From: the human T2T-CHM13v2.0 reference genome, Homo sapiens
NCBI RefSeq assembly: GCF_009914755.1
Contig: NC_060930.1
Direction: 5' to 3' (one strand)
DNA length: 64,000 nucleotides
Shown here: positions 1 to 23,620 of the stretch, piece after piece
Layout of the letters: every line of letters begins with the position of its first letter
Position numbering within the stretch: position 1 is the stretch's first letter
The notes under the pieces: model-generated
Told to the model about the DNA's origin: nothing
Databases searched by the model: none
The model's input: the letters and a program-made list of their open reading frames with translations, nothing else
Translations under genes and position numbers: made by a program

Positions 1-249
1 TTTTTGTGTGTTCATTATATAAAATGGACATTTTCTCTGTGTCCATTACACAAAATGGGTCATGCTATGTTGCCCAGTCACATTATCAATTTATATTCTT
101 GGCAGAGTTATCTAAAATGTCCATTTGTCTGCGTTCTTACCTATGAACAATATTAACATTTATTTTAATTTTCATTGCAAAGGAAAAAAACTACTTACCT
201 AATAAAGATTTTTTAAAGGGGATAGTTTAAAAAATTTTTAATATAATTT

Positions 250-2060
<1,811 letters not shown>

Positions 2061-4894
2061 GAATGAACTCCACTTGCTAATTTCAGAGTGTGTTAATGCA
2101 GTCATCTTCTTGTTATTTGCAAAGGGCCCATGATTTCAATTTTAAACTTTTAATGTTAAACTTTTACTCTTTGTTCCTTCAAGGTTATGTGATGTTTACA
2201 TTCTTAGCTTGAATGGAGGAAAGATTTTGAAAACACTTATAAAATAGAAGTGCATAACAATTTATAACCCCATGTTTCACAAAAATATTTACACAATGAT
2301 CTGTAAAAATTTATAACATGGGGAAATTGTGCTACTTATATTGGTATTATAAGCAGTTTTATCCCATACGTATTTATTCACTTTATAAGCATTTTAATAG
2401 AATGTCTGACGGATTGAAATTACTTACCCAACTTGTTTATACAAAAGGATTTACTAAAAACTGTTAAACACTACTACATAATGACACTGTCACACCAGGC
2501 TTTTAACATAAGAATTGCTCTGCAATACTAGGAGAAGGGGCATAAAAGACAAGTTGATTTTGCAGCATAGCAACTAAAAATATAACAATGAAAGCAACTG
2601 TTAAAAATGAGAACTCAGAACTTAACATTAGAGGGACCCAACATCATGCCTCCATTTAGCTAATTGATACAAAAGATTTAGTTTAACTGCTATTAACAGG
2701 TGACAGGAGCCACTCTCAAATGATTCTTCAAATTGGAAAGTACTGTCTTACAACCTGTTGTTGCAGATAAGAAGTAAATGAAATCATTTTGTATGGTTTG
2801 CAGCTGTTTGGATAACCACCTGGCCTAGATACTTTCCCATAATCATTCTGCTAGTTACCACTTATTACCCAAGACCTTCCTGAAAATCCTCCTTTAGGCC
2901 CTCACTATTGTTGCTGATACTGTTCCTTTGATACAGCTGCTTTTATTTCACATTTATTAAGCCCATCATAGTAGTATTTATTTTCCATTATTTTCTTCAC
3001 TTGTTTCTGTTCGTTAACGATAATGCAGAGCCCATGTCTCCTTGTTGGTCTTTTCCATGGGAGTTTTATAGATTTTACCACTCCAAAAACAGCACTTGGT
3101 TCATTTATTAAGATAAATTATGAGGCACATAACAAAGCAATTCTCCAGAATTGCTTTATTTGTTTATTAACAAATGTGTCTGGTATCATACAACCGAAGT
3201 AAGAAAGAATAAGAAGGGTACAAAAACTGAATTTTCATCCCCCACAATCTATTCTATTCAGAAACCTTTTTTTATTTTTTGAGATGGATAATATTTTAAT
3301 TTAAATGAGACTTAATTCAAGTTACATACATTCACTAAATTCTTATTTGCCTTTGAAATATTTACATTAAAAAACAATTAAATTTATATTCTATTTATAT
3401 TACATTTATAATTTCTAATATCCCATTTGCTGGGCTTTGATAATATAATTGATAGGATGTAGTTTAATAATTGTCAAGGAAGGAACGATGTTATGACTTT
3501 TTATATCTGCAAAGCATCAACTTTAAAATATTAACTCTAAATGCTCAGAAGCTGAGTGTTTATTTATAAACTTCACTGAAGCCAAGATTTCTCAAGTTAG
3601 AATAGTTGAAAAGTATCAGATATGTAAATGACTTCATACAATTTCAGAATCACCACAGTTCTTTTCCGTGATTTATCTTCTTTTTTAATAATTAGTGACC
3701 ACAACTACATATAACTTATTTTCTTAAGATATGCAAAAAATTATAAGTATATATCTCTGTGAATAGTACTCTATTAGTAACTGATCATACTTAATCATGA
3801 ATAGGAAGCCTCCAGTTAGAAATCTACACACCTCGGATATTACTTCTGCTTAATTTTATTTACCTGTGCTGTAGCCAAAAATTTTGACGGTTTGGAATTT
3901 TTGCCTTGTTTTTACATAAGAAACTATAGTTCTGAGGAATAACCATAAACCAAACCAAACCAAACCATTTTACACTTCACTTACCCCTGTGTCCTGACCT
4001 CTTCTCTGTCCTGGATGATATACCAGAATATCTAACTGGATCAGAAATTGTCATCTAGGTCATAGGAATTCACATATTTCTATTTATATTCATCCTTCAG
4101 ATGAATGGCCATGGGCTTACAAATTTGACATATTTTCTTTTTTAAAATGTTATTTTTATAGATGATATTGTAAACTTCTATGTTTCTGGGAAACACAATA
4201 GGAGCATCAGGTTGATAAGTAGGGGATATTCAGTGAATAGGCAAAGCCAATGATCTGAGCAGAATGGTCTTGATTATGAGTTCAATATTATACTGCTTCT
4301 CATTTCAGTATTTTTATTACTATTCAATTGATCACATTATATGCTCTAAATTTTTAAAAATACAGGTATTTTAAACTCATTTCATTGCTTTGTTGCAGAG
4401 ACTGTGATAGATTGGAATCTAATTATTAAATGTATTTTCAAATGTGTAATTTAATTTTATTATAGTCAAACTGCATAAAGCATAATCCAAACTGAATTAT
4501 AAAATAAGTAATTTTAGTGTTGTTTATATTATGTATCTTGAAGGTCATTTTAATTTAACATTTTTACTTTTATCCTGAGTAATTCTATTGTCACTATCAA
4601 TTATGCATACAGATTAAGAGGAGTTATTCTTAGCAATTATTGTAACATAAACCAAAGTTTCCTGAAACCACTTTAAAAACTAGAATATTGTCTAAATAAC
4701 TGTTGAAATTGTATGTAGACATATACAAAGATTTAGGTAAAAAGGACATTAACTACACCTGTCTCTGTAGTTATGAATGAATGAAACTCAAAGTAGTTCC
4801 TTTTTATAGATGATATTATTTCGTATCACTTTTTAGTAAAACATTGCTTTATATATTGATATTGACAGTATTTAAACTTCATTAATTTGAAATG

Positions 4895-5070
4895 ATCCAT
4901 ATGCAGAAATTAAGACAGAGCTGGGTGCAGGTTGTTTATTTAGAAGGTGATCCAAGTAAGCAGAAATGAAGGAGTGGAAAGAACAAAACAGGGAAAAATA
5001 AAAGTTAAATAAGAATGCATTATTTAGCAGTTTGTCACATTGAGCAACTGGGACTCAGTCTGACTGCAGT
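4895..5070. mobile_element. ERVL LTR16/LTR33-like fragment
   Basis: gggtgcaggttgtttatttagaaggtgatccaagtaagcag resembles the LTR16/33 motif; heavily diverged. Confidence 0.4.
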
Positions 5071-5149
5071 AGTTTTCACATTCTTTCATACTTTTCTCAG
5101 CAAAAAAAAAAAAAAAAAAATGGAGCCTAAGCCCCCTTTTAACCCCCAT

Positions 5150-5822
<673 letters not shown>

Positions 5823-6354
5823 TACAAAATGAGGACTAATTGAAAAATCTGTAAAGAAGACAAATCAGAAACTACCTCAGAACCACTGATGAACAAAGCA
5901 ATTATTCACTGATTCTTATTCCCTACTAGCCATGGATAGCTCATAGGCTAATACGGGCAAACTTCTGGGCTGATTTATGAGTGGCTATCTTGTGCGTATA
6001 CTCAGTAAGATACCCTAGCTTCCAAAAAAAAAAAAAAAAAAGAGCCCTAAGGCACAAAAGTACAAAATATTGAAGTGTGGTATAGTCAATATACTTGGGA
6101 ACTGTCCAGCACAGCTGGGATGAGATGAAAAGCATTAAAAACAACTGCTCCACATGCCATGTGAGGATCCCCAACCTATTTCATATGTCAAAAAACATCT
6201 AAGAAAAAATGAAGAAGGGAATTTAATAAATTCAAACTACACTGAGAACTTTGGTTAAGATAATTTTTCTCTTCTATATTCCACTTTTAAGAACATTCAA
6301 TATAAAAGAAATTAGATTTTTATTAAGGGGACTATTTTTAAGAGATAACAAGCA

Positions 6355-9090
<2,736 letters not shown>

Positions 9091-9220
9091 AAGAGATAAC
9101 AAGCAAATGGCCAGAACCAACCTGGACAATGAAACTTACCTCAATCTATCACCACGTCTACATTACTCTACAGTGATCAGAAATCTCTTCTCAAGGCAAA
9201 ATTCTCAATTATTATTGTCA

Positions 9221-9400
9221 GTGTGGGGAGGGAGCTGGGAGAGGGAGAGCATCAGGAAGAATAGCTGGTGGATGCTGGTCTTAATACCTAGGTCATGGGT
9301 TGATCTGTGTAGCAAACCACCATGACACACGTTTACCTTTGTAACAAACCTGCATGTGTACCACACATAAAATAAAAGTTTATGGTAAAAAAGAAAAAAG
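9221..9400 (+). mobile_element. Older L1PA (PA16/17-like) 3' end fragment
   Basis: gagagcatcaggaagaatagctgg...ttaatacctaggtcatgggttgatctgtgtagcaaaccaccatg followed by an A-rich tail. Confidence 0.8.
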
Positions 9401-10424
9401 AAATTTTTTTGTTCTTTTTTTACAGTAGCATGCTATTTCTAGATCACCTTTTTAAAAAAAGAGAATGAATACAACTCCACCAGGCACCCTGATGGACCAA
9501 ACCCAACACAATTCAAATATACTGAACTTAAGGATACACTGAGCATTTCAGAGCAACCCACTGTCCTGAACTGACAGTTCAAAAATGTATAGGAGTGCAT
9601 TCTGAGAATACAACTATATGATATTTTAAAAATTCTTTATTTTATGAAAAAACAATTTTAAACACAGGCAGACTACTTTGAACTTTGGATATAAATGTTG
9701 GGAAGAATGTAGGACCTTCTGAGGCAGGGACAGAACTAAACTTTAAACAGAACTAGCTTATTCCTGAAAGTGTTTAGTTATAGGTAGATACATTGTTCCT
9801 TTCTAAAGAAGCTATGACTAGACTCTCTATTAAATCTAAAATAGTGAGAATATGAATTGTATTTACAATAGAATACAGAAATTAATAAATTAAATGATTA
9901 TTAAAATACACGCATAATGTTGTAATGATAATTATTAAGAGCTGTGAATTGTCATTCATCTAGTTACCTCCACAACATAAAGCTCCTGTCTTAGTTCAGT
10001 CCATCTTTCATTTTCTTTTAATTTTTAACATGTGTCTTTTTCATTATTTGGGAGAGTTCTAGAATGAGCAAGACATCTTGCCTGTGTTCTTTTTAGACTA
10101 TCTTCACCCTGAGACAACAAAATCCTCCCTGACACATCTATCTCATATATACTTTGTAGTGGGGGGTTTAAAGCCATGGCCTCAAAATATTCAAGTGCAG
10201 TCATTTTCAAGCAATTTTCTCTGACTATCTTTTCCTCTGGGTTTTTTGAGGGTGTTAAGAACATGGTGCTGATGTTTCTACTTCCCTACCAAATGCTGTT
10301 CTAATGTTACCAGTTACCAACATATTCAAGCCACTCATTTTGTCTTTAACCACTTGATGTGTTTAACAGTTCCTTGGTTGCTTTAGTAAATTCTTTCCTT
10401 GTTTACCTCCCTGCCCCCTCTAGT

Positions 10425-10750
10425 AGATTTTCAGGGTTGCCATAAGAAAGCACCACAGATAAGTGGCTTGAACAACAGAAATTCATTTTCTCACAGTTCT
10501 GGAGGCCAGATGTCCAAAATCCATGTGTGGGCAGGATGACAGGATTGGTATCCTCTGAAGCCGTCTCCTTGACTTGTGAGAGACTGTCTCCTCCTTGTGT
10601 CTTTGCATGGTCTTCCCTCCATGCATGTTTGTGTCCCCATTTCCTCTTTTTTATAAGGACACCAGCCATGTTAGATTGAGGCCCACCTTCATGACCTCAT
10701 TTTACCTAACTTACCTTAATTACCTCTTTAAGAGACCTGTCTCCAGTCAC
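10425..10750 (-). mobile_element. MLT1B/C-like MaLR LTR
   Basis: aacaacagaaattcattttctcacagttctggaggccag...ttttataaggacaccagccatgttagattgaggcccacc. Confidence 0.8.
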
Positions 10751-11009
10751 AACCTTAAAGCAGGTCTTGGAAAATTACAAAATCAATTTTCAGAAACTTC
10801 ATGAACATTTATGTTTTCAAGCATGAGTATTATATGTAAATATACATCTCTTTTTTCATCAATTTGTGGCTTTTAAAATCATGCTCAGTTATAAGCATTA
10901 TACAAATTTTTCCCATTTCTTAATATACAAACCTTGAAACATTCTATAAATTAAAAAGCGTTTTGCAGCTTTTAGTGAAAAGGCATTGCATGGGAGGCCC
11001 TTATGCTAA

Positions 11010-12211
<1,202 letters not shown>

Positions 12212-12550
12212 AAAGATTAAAATTCATGCAAAGTATTAAATAAAAACATTCTTAAGCTTCATGATGAAAACAAAACAAAAATAGCTTTGTATTCTTTTCT
12301 CGTTCTTTGTAACCACTAAACACATTTAGTGTCTCATTTTGGATAAATGCCATTGGAACACGAAGCTCAGAATCTAAGGTAAGCTGCCCTATTCAAGAGG
12401 CTTAGGACTTCTGGATCCTCTCATTCATTAATGACATGACATTTCTACTTTATACAAAATATTCAGTTGAAATTAAATTCTCCCTAACCAGGTAGGGCAG
12501 GCAGAATTTGTTTTTAACTCCAAAGCTATATCTTCACAATAGAACTACTT

Positions 12551-12905
12551 GGTATTAGTCCATTTTCATTCTGTTGATAATGACATACCCAAGACTGGGC
12601 AATTTACAAAAGAAACAGGTTTAATTGGACTTACAGTTCCATGTGGCTAGGGTAGCCTCACAATCATAGCAGAAGGCAAGGAGGAGCAAGTCCCTTCTTG
12701 CACAGATGGCAGCAGGCAAAGAGAGAGTTTGTACAGGGAAACTCCCCTTTTGAAAATCATCAAATCTTGAGAGACTCATTCACTATCACCAGAATAGTGC
12801 AGGAAAGAACCTCCACCATAATTCAATTGCCTCCCACCAGGTGCCTCCTACAACATGTGGGAAATCAAGATGAGATTTGGGTGTGGACACAGCCAAACCA
12901 TATCA
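12551..12905 (-). mobile_element. THE1 (THE1B/C) solo LTR
   Basis: gtattagtccattttc...ggacacagccaaaccatatca termini; 5-bp TSD tactt/tgctt. Confidence 0.9.
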
Positions 12906-13136
12906 TGCTTATAATAGTTTGCCAACTTTACATGGTACAGATTGCATGGTACAGTAAGAAGACCAAATCAATGAATGGGTTCCATGCATCAAAATAGCAT
13001 CAGAAGGGAATCTCTTGCTCTCTTTCTCTCTCTCTTTCACAGAGACATTGTGGTTGGGGGTGAATTTCACTTTGAGATAAAAACTGATTTCACTAACAGT
13101 TTCCCTTTCATACTTAAAAAACTTTACTGTGTAAGG

Positions 13137-13475
13137 CAGAGGTCTCCAACACCCAGGCTGGGGACTGGTACAGGTCCATGGCCTGTTAGGAACTGGGCTG
13201 CACAGCAGGAGGTGAGCGGTGGGTAAGGGAGCGTTACCTCCTGAGCTCTGTCTCCTGTCGCACCAGCAGCCACACTGAATTCTCATAGGAGCGTGAACCC
13301 TATTGTGAACCTCATATGCAGGGGAATTATGTTGTGTACTCCTTATGTGAATCTAATGCCTGATGATCTGAGGTAGAACAGTTTTATCCCCACACAACTA
13401 CTCCTTCCTCCCATATGTGAAAAAATTTTCTTCCAAAAAACCAGTCCCTGGTGCCAAAAAGGTTGGGGACTGCTG
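13137..13475 (+). mobile_element. MER1B (hAT-Charlie) DNA transposon
   Basis: TIR-like ends cagaggtctccaac...gttggggactgctg; perfect 8-bp TSD gtgtaagg at 13129-13136 and 13476-13483. Confidence 0.9.
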
Positions 13476-14312
13476 GTGTAAGGATGAGATAGCTGTTACT
13501 ACCACTGTGTCCACAAAAAGAACAATGTAGTTAGACTGGAAATAACATGAAGACAGAAAGATTCTGGCTCCTTGATGGCATCATCAAGCTGCTGAAAGAA
13601 ATCTGGAATCACCAACTCTTAAGTTTCTGATTTTGGGGAAAAAAATTAATCTGTATTGTTTGTCCATTAGTCAGTTTGTTGTTCTGGTGGTTACTTAAAG
13701 TTAAAAGCATCTTGAATTATAACATTTTTGTTTTAAATTTCATTCGTAATTTATCTTTATATTTAACATTCATCTTAATAAACTTTTTTAATAATTACCA
13801 GTTTTCAGAACACATAGAAATATGATATTTGAAAAATTATGGTAGCTGAGATTTAATGTGCCATTATATATTATGCTCTGTATTTCTCCATGGTTATATA
13901 CACATATTTTCCTATACTTACAATCGATATATTCTTTTCTTCCCCTAGCTTATAAGGTTATCCTACTGTGAGTGAAGATGAGAGATATGACATAGCCCTT
14001 TCTGTGCTGTGCTCTTGTCTCCATATCATTTTGTCCACATTATTTATTTCAACATATATAATTTTCCTCTTCTTTGGAGAAATCATAAATGAAATGCTTC
14101 CTGTGAGGAAAACTTACATTCAATTTTTGAGTAGCCAGGGTTCCTGCCAGAGAGATAACACTTGTCCAGCTAATGCATTACTAAAAAGCAAACAAACAAC
14201 AACAACAAAACCTATGTATCTATTCTTTTCATTCTCTCTAAAACCCTTCTCTACATTGAGAGGATAGAAGAAATGTGCTGTGCACCCCTTCCTTTATTAA
14301 TAGATAGTACTG

Positions 14313-14676
<364 letters not shown>

Positions 14677-14738
14677 TTAGGGAGAGAAGACATGTGCTTT
14701 TATCCATAGAGTGTATAATTGGCATCTAAATTTAGATA

Positions 14739-14815
14739 TCAGGTCAGTGCAAAAGTAATTGTGGTTTTGTCATCACTTTAATGGCAAAACTGCAATTAAT
14801 TTTACACCAACCCAA
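14739..14815. mobile_element. MADE1 (Hsmar1-derived MITE)
   Basis: ~77-bp palindromic element aggtcagtgcaaaagtaattgtggttttg...caaaactgcaattaattttacaccaacc flanked by TA dinucleotides. Confidence 0.85.
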
Positions 14816-15057
14816 TACTTTGGAGGTTTAAAGTAAGTCTTACTGTTAATTGTCCTGGGCCAAAAACATGAATAAACAAAAAGAATTTCAGACAAAGTGG
14901 TATGTATGGTCATCCTACCCATAAAAGGTCTATGCTCTTTGGATGCTTGGCATCTTTTCCTCTAAGGAAATCCCACGTGGTCCTGGGCAGAGTTGGGGGT
15001 GAGAGTAGGTGTAGGGAAGTGTGTGGTGTTAACAATGATTTCCCACCACATATCCCC

Positions 15058-15425
15058 TGATACGGTTTGGCTGTGTCCCCACCCAAATCTCATCTTGAAT
15101 TGTAACTTCCACAATTCACACATGTCATGGGAGGGACCCAGGGGCTGGTTACTGAATTATGGGTGTGGGTCTTTCTCCTGCTTTCTCATGATAGTGAATA
15201 AGTCTCATTAGATATGATAGTTTTATAAGGGAGAGTTTCCTTGCACAAGCTCTTTCTTTGCCTGCTGCCATCCACGTAAGACGTGACTTGCTCCTCCTTG
15301 CCTTCCAGGATGATTGTGTGGCCTCTCCAGCCATGTGGAACTATAAGTCCATTAAACCTCTTTCTTTTGTAAATTGCTCAGTCTTGGGTAGGTCTTTATC
15401 AGCAGCGTGAGAGTGGACTAACACA
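15058..15425 (+). mobile_element. THE1 (THE1B/C) solo LTR
   Basis: tgatacggtttggctgtgtccccacccaaatctc...ctttatcagcagcgtgagagtggactaacaca; attaaa polyA signal. Confidence 0.9.
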
Positions 15426-15589
15426 TTCTGTAAGGCACTGAAGTGATCCAAGCTGTTTAATCCAAAAAGCTAGTTAATATATTTCCTGTAATTTTGTTTG
15501 CTTTGGAAGTGAGAATTTTACTCAAGTGGTATCAATTAAGTTTTCTTATATGACCTGATTTTTCTTTTGAATTGTAGCCTAAGATACAG

Positions 15590-15820
15590 TGAAGGTTACC
15601 AGCTGCAATTTTCCCCACCATATGTATACAGTCTACCTTTCAGTAAAGTCATTATATACAGGGGAGCAGAGTCAAAAGATAAATAATTTCTGGACGAGTC
15701 ATTCCTGGATCCAGCTGTGCTTGAAATTAGCATCATAATGGAGCATCCCAGTTTTATGAGCCATAAAAATTCTATATATGACTTAATTAGGCAGAGTTAA
15801 TTTTTTTTACTTGCAGTTGA
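15590..15820 (+). mobile_element. Ancient MLT1J/K-like LTR remnant
   Basis: ttcctggatccagctgtgcttgaa...cccagttttatgagccataaaaattc. Confidence 0.4.
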
Positions 15821-16949
15821 CAGTATTAAAATGGCATTTTTGTCATCTTAGGATTTAAAAGAATTGGGATGGAGTGAAGAGGGTAAGAACCAAGAGTAAG
15901 AGGAATTAAGATAGGAGATTATTTCTATTGTGAGGCTGATCATGATGAGAATGTATGAATTTTTTATATTTTAATGTGCAATATGCTTTTAGGAATGCAT
16001 ATTCTCTGGAGATATAAACTATATTCATAAGAATTATTACAAAGCTAATACATTCTGGAGATTTATACTTATATTTAACCATTTTAAATACACTAATATC
16101 CAGAGAAGTAGTAGAACATTATGATATGAAAAGATGATGAGCAAGGAAATTATATATGCATGGAAAAATATGTTTGCAAACCAATTCCTGATTTCAGCCT
16201 ACCTGAATTGATATAAATGTATATTTTAATGCAGTTAAAATAATGGTCTGGGTTCTCTTACACTGCAATTGCTAACTATAGCTCATGTCATATTCTCAGA
16301 GTTAGTGCAATCATTTACCTGTGCCAGGCAGCTCTGAATAAAAAAGATGTACATTTACTGGATGGGAGAAATTTCTATATGAGCCTACAGGATGCAGCAT
16401 CAGCATGTCAGCTTCCTGAACTCTTTTATTAGTAGTTATTTTCTGTGTAAAATTTTATTGTTTTTTAAATCTCTAATCACATTTAGTGAGTAAACAACTA
16501 GAAATAATCACTTACCAATTCATTCATCAGAATATTATTTTACATCAACTAGCCTTTAAGAAGTAGCTAAATTTCTTTGGAAAACTAAATACTGTTTACC
16601 ATTTCTCTTTGCCACCAGACTAATAGAAAGTTTTAGGTATATCTCACTGCTAAAACCCAGGCTGAACACTAAGCAATTGGGAGATTGAAATGAACACATC
16701 ATTATCCGAGCAATGAAACATTGAAAATCAGACACTGGAGCAGTCTCGTGTTTGAATCAACAAATAAAACAGCAGCATTAAGATTTCAATAAGGTGCTTA
16801 AACAACTTAAAGCAGAACGATTTTAGACAAATCACAATATTGAATCCTCTCTGGGAACATCAGTCCTGTATGTAATCATGGATCTGAAATTGACTTCATG
16901 GGAAATTCACCAGAAGACCATTTTCTAATTTAACAGAAACCAAGAAACA

Positions 16950-17240
16950 GCAGTATGAAATAGTAAAGGTGTGGAATATTAAGAGTCAGAGTTTTAAAGT
17001 TCTTGACATCAGACGGCGTGGAGATGAGTAAGATCACTGAGAATTAGATATGTGACCTTGGTAAATGACAGATGCTTTTCATCTATAAATATCCACAAGC
17101 TTTTTCATCTGTAATATTTGGATTACATTAGAACCAAAATCGTAGGTCTTTTTAAAGATGAATGTAAATAATAAGTGTAATAATAAATGAAAAAATAAAC
17201 TTATTAGAATGCTGTCAAAAATAAGGCTGCTTAAATGCTA
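16950..17240 (+). mobile_element. MIR remnant
   Basis: atgtgaccttggtaaatgac...tttcatctgtaatat core motif. Confidence 0.55.
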
Positions 17241-18002
17241 GTGATTTTTTAATTCTCTTTTTTTAGTTCTCTTTTATTGCTATGATTGTTGTTACTGAAA
17301 AATTAAATTTACATTATTAATAGTGCAACAGGCATATTGTTGAGATGACTAAGGTTAATCTGTCTCCATTTGCTTAAATACTCTAAAAGAAATACAGCTT
17401 GCTATTCTTATCACAAAAGTATATTTTTAAATCTTTTAATGTTTCTGCTAAAATAGAAAATGTGTTAAGATATTAGACAGTTACAGTTAACAAGTTTGAA
17501 ATATTAATATTGAAAAACTATACTAGGAAGTAAAAATCATTTGGGGATCCTAAATTCTCAGGGTAGCTACACTTCTTGTGTAACAGCTATAGAATCTCAG
17601 AAAAAAGAGAATCAAGAGAAACCGGCAGGGGCTACAAGGCATTTTCCAACCCAGTCGTGGAAGCATCACGTCTGCCCTGTTACTTCAGTTGAGGCATAGA
17701 GACATATATCGTATTTATAACCCTAAAATCTATTTTGAGTTGTGGATGGGCTGTCAATAAAGAATAACAAATATACATAATCAACTTTGGTAAAATGCTT
17801 GAGAAAGGGAAAAAATCAAAAGTGAATCATTCATTGGATTCATTATGAAGATTTCATTGCTCTAGACATATGATTCTGACTCATATAATGGTAAAAGAGA
17901 CATTTAACCTTCTTTTCCCAAATATTCTCATATTATAAGTACATGATTGTCTGCTTTCAGATATTTATGAAGTTTGAGATATTTATAAGAAAATTCTTTA
18001 TA

Positions 18003-18332
<330 letters not shown>

Positions 18333-19569
18333 TTATTCCTCATGAGCATAATAATACTATTAACATGGGATGAGGTCTTGGAGTGTTACCTAGTTTATAC
18401 TTCTTTGTGACAGTTATGACAAACATTTGTAAGGCATTTTAATAAAGGTGAAGAAAGAGTAGTGAATGGAATGTCAAAGATGATGCCAATAAAGAGGTAA
18501 AGTTGATTTTTTTCTAATTTTCCAACTTATAAAAGAAACCACTTACTGTGTAACTGTGAGACATATTCTACTTCAAGAAGTAATATTTACGTAATTTAAT
18601 ACTGAAGTAACTGTATGTCCCAAAACATCTCATATAAAAATGTAAATTACATCACTTGAAAATTCTTCATATCATGCCTATTTTTATGTACCAAATTTTA
18701 GTAAAGTACCTCCTGACAAAAGAATTTCTAAACAAAAATGACTACAAACAACAGTAATACTGAGAAAGGCCAAAATTAATGCAAAAAAAGAACATATTCT
18801 CACATGAAAGGCAGTTTTTAACACACACACACATATTGAGAGAGACAGAGCTAGCTATACTGAATTTCTAGAAGTTATTTAAACTCTACAAGATAAAATT
18901 ATCTTAATACAGGTAACTTTGTTTTGGAATTGTTCATTATGTTCATGAAGAATACTCAACAACTTTATAAACTATTAAATAAACAAATAGCTATGTACAG
19001 ATTTTCTATATGTATAAATCACTACAAAGGAAAGATGCTTTATGGCACTATACCAATGATTATCACTTTGTGGCAAGATTATGGCTAATATTTTTTATTT
19101 GTGCAATCCTTTAAAAATATTCTGATAATGAACATACATTGTTTCTATAGTCAGAAAATTACATGATAAATTATATTAAAACTCAGTTAAATAAAGAAAA
19201 AAAACGCTAGTATTCTTCAAACTTTTTTTCTTTACCAGAGGTTTTACTTCAAACGGCATTTGTTATTCTTTATTGGCAAAATTGTTCAACCGACTCCTTA
19301 TAGGTAGGAACCTTTTTGCTTATTTAACCTCCAGTTGGTGATCATAAGGGTTTATAGAATGCATGAGTGCCTTCATGAATAAATAAATGGTTTTAAGGAA
19401 AAAACATGCTTCCGTAAGAAAAAATATCTAATTTCCTGACATTTGCCTACTAATAATTGATGTGGTCATGCCAATCGCCCTGTGAATTACAGGGTAATTA
19501 TAACCATTGTATAGCCAGTTATGCTTAAATGGCTGATTAATTAATCATGTATTTTGCATACAAATCTTG

Positions 19570-19915
19570 TGTTCTCTGGATCCAGCTAGGTGGTGTGTTC
19601 TCTCATACACTCATAGCCTTATGATGGCTGGCATTGATGTTATCTCACCTACCTGGTATTTGGACTGAAAAGACTAAAAACTAGGGGCAGAAACAGCTGA
19701 GCTCCTTGCCCTCCCCCTGGTCTTACTAGTTTCTCTTTGTCATGGCCTCGAGGTAACCACACTGCTTGTGTGACAACCATAGACTCCCAGAAAAAGAACA
19801 TCAAGAAAAACTGGCAGAAGCTATAAGCTGTTTTCCTACCTAGCCATGAAAGCATCATTTCTACTCTATTATTTCTGTCTCTATTGGTTGAAATGATCAT
19901 AAAATTCTGTCTGTG
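19570..19915 (-). mobile_element. Ancient MLT1-type LTR remnant
   Basis: ggcagaagctataagctgttttcctacctagcc...catttctactctatt...ctattggttgaaatgatcataa. Confidence 0.4.
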
Positions 19916-20069
19916 TTTAAGAGAGTGTCATAGACATAACTTCTTGGTAAGAGAAATATCATATAATTTGGAAATATGGTCTGAAACCACTACAATCTAT
20001 AGGTTAAAGTACAATGGCTTAAGGGCACTTAAAAAACTGATTGATAATAAATTAACACAGTACTTCTAA

Positions 20070-20670
20070 GAGTGCATAATCTGAGTCAAATCATGTGGAA
20101 ATGTCAGATAAACCAAAATTGAGGCAAAATTACAAGGTAAACGATTTATAATCATCAAAAAGTAAAGGTCATAAAAGAAAGATAGACTGATAAACCGTTC
20201 AGAAGGTACAACTACTAACTATAATTTAGGAATGGATTCTGGAGGGGGAAAAGTAGAAATGGAGAAATAGCTAAAAATAATTTTATTGAGATAATTTATG
20301 AAATTTCAGTAAAGCTTGTGGATTAGCAAATTGTTTTACATGGAGTTTAATATCTTAATTGTGATAATTTACCAAGGTTATATAATTGAATATTCTTAGG
20401 AAATGCTGAAGTATTTAGGGGTAAGGCTCTGAATGTCTGCACATTTTCTCTCATGGTTCAGGAAAAACTTGTAGGCACTTGTGTGTGTATGTGTATACTT
20501 TGCACTACCTTATATATACAGAAAGAAAGGAAAATAGAAGAAATGATTTAGAAGATCTAACAGTTAAGAATTGATGAGTCCAGATGAAGAGTATACAAGC
20601 ATTTTTTTGCTCTTACTGTAATTTTCCTGTTATGTTTGAAATTATAACAAAATTTAATGAAAAAAGACAC
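20070..20670 (+). mobile_element. L1MC/ME 3'UTR remnant
   Basis: aatcatgtggaaatgtcagataaaccaaaattgagg; gtatttaggggtaagg; ttttcctgttatgtttgaaatt. Confidence 0.6.
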
Positions 20671-20825
20671 TTTACCATCATAAAACTTTTCCAGCAACAC
20701 ACTCAACATTCCAGATTTGCCACTATTTAATTTTGAATTATAAGCATATTTGTTAAATCCATACTTGTAACTTTAATAATATGCTTACATATAATATTAG
20801 GACTCCATATATTTCTATAACTGCC

Positions 20826-21118
20826 TTTTTTTTTTGAGATGTAGTCTTGCTCTGTCACCCAGGCTGGGGTGCAGTGCCACGATCTCAGCTCACTGCAACC
20901 TCCGCCTTCCAGGGTTCAAGCGATTCTCCTGCCCCTCAGCCTCCTGAGTAGCTGGGACTACAGGCACCTGCCACTACACCTGGCTAGTAGTAGAAACTTT
21001 AGTAGAGATGGGGTTTCACAATGTTGGTCAGGATGGTCTTCAACTCCTAACCTCATGTTCTGCCTGCCTCAGCCTCCCAAAGTGCTAGGATTACAGGTGT
21101 GAGCCACCACGCCCAGCC
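20826..21118 (-). mobile_element. Alu (AluS)
   Basis: Full reverse dimer; TSD core aactgc at 20819-20824 and 21119-21124. Confidence 0.93.
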
Positions 21119-21179
21119 AACTGCTTTCTTTTTATAGAAATCATAATTGCTTCTCATTTTTGTTTGCTTTGTTTTCTAT

Positions 21180-23610
<2,431 letters not shown>

Positions 23611-23620
23611 AGATGATTTT

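Noticed and set aside
2428-2573. Minus-strand AG...GTAAGT-bounded 146-bp exon candidate
   Set aside because: All three frames contain stops, and such motifs are expected by chance.
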